Shown here piece after piece: positions 63,660 through 64,000 of a stretch of DNA of 64,000 nt (positions are counted from its first letter, which is position 1; every line of letters starts with the position of its first letter). The stretch covers positions 119,846,001 through 119,910,000 of the forward strand of contig NC_043001.1 of assembly GCF_006345805.1 (NCBI RefSeq), read 5' to 3'. A model generated the notes under the pieces. It ran no database searches. It saw only the letters and a list, made by a program, of their open reading frames with translations, and was not told where the DNA came from. The translations under genes were made by a program, and so were the position numbers. Source of the stretch: Octopus sinensis. Its lineage: Eukaryota.

Positions 63660-64000
63660 GTAAAAATTAAAAATTACCTGCCCTATTTCAAATTACGCTG
63701 ATTGTAAATTCCTCACTCCATTAACATTTTTGTTGTCATTGTAGATTAAATGTAAACTTTATGGTAGAAATTGCTGCTGTGTTTAAATTTGATATAAGAC
63801 AACCAGAAATCACTTTAGCTTAACTAACTTAGTACAAAGACATAAGAAGATATCTATTTTTTACAGATATCCTAGACCTAGTTTGTTATGAAACAAACCA
63901 AATGTATTTTAATATCTATTTCTTCAATATTTGAGAAATTTCTATAATTTCTTTTTCCTTGTGGTTTGGGTTTGTTTCAATATCAGTTATTTGAATGCTT

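Overview
AT-rich, repeat-dense animal genomic DNA. The repeat families resemble those I recall from Octopus (coleoid cephalopod), but that species call is inference, not a database result. Two genes lie head-to-head. (1) Twinfilin (- strand): nine coding exons reconstructed by hand from ATG 49031 down to 3054 (882 nt, 294 aa, all phases consistent); the last exon must lie left of the window. One intron (21888-24973) is a U12-type AT-AC minor-spliceosome intron. A candidate alternative first coding exon lies at 45650-45684. (2) DDX20/Gemin3 (+ strand): first two coding exons at 62330-62525 and 63565-63659, running off the right edge. The rest is mariner/Tc1 relics, RTE- and CR1/L2-type LINE fragments, tRNA-derived SINEs, TTAA-ended MITEs, microsatellites and a cluster of Gypsy-like LTR fragments with reiterated tRNA-Trp primer-binding sites. 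Several fold-back repeats carry minimal type-I hammerhead-ribozyme motifs of the Penelope-like kind. One has a canonical core (13.2 kb) and one family has a G3:C8 swapped core (30.1 kb). All coordinates and alignments were read by eye.
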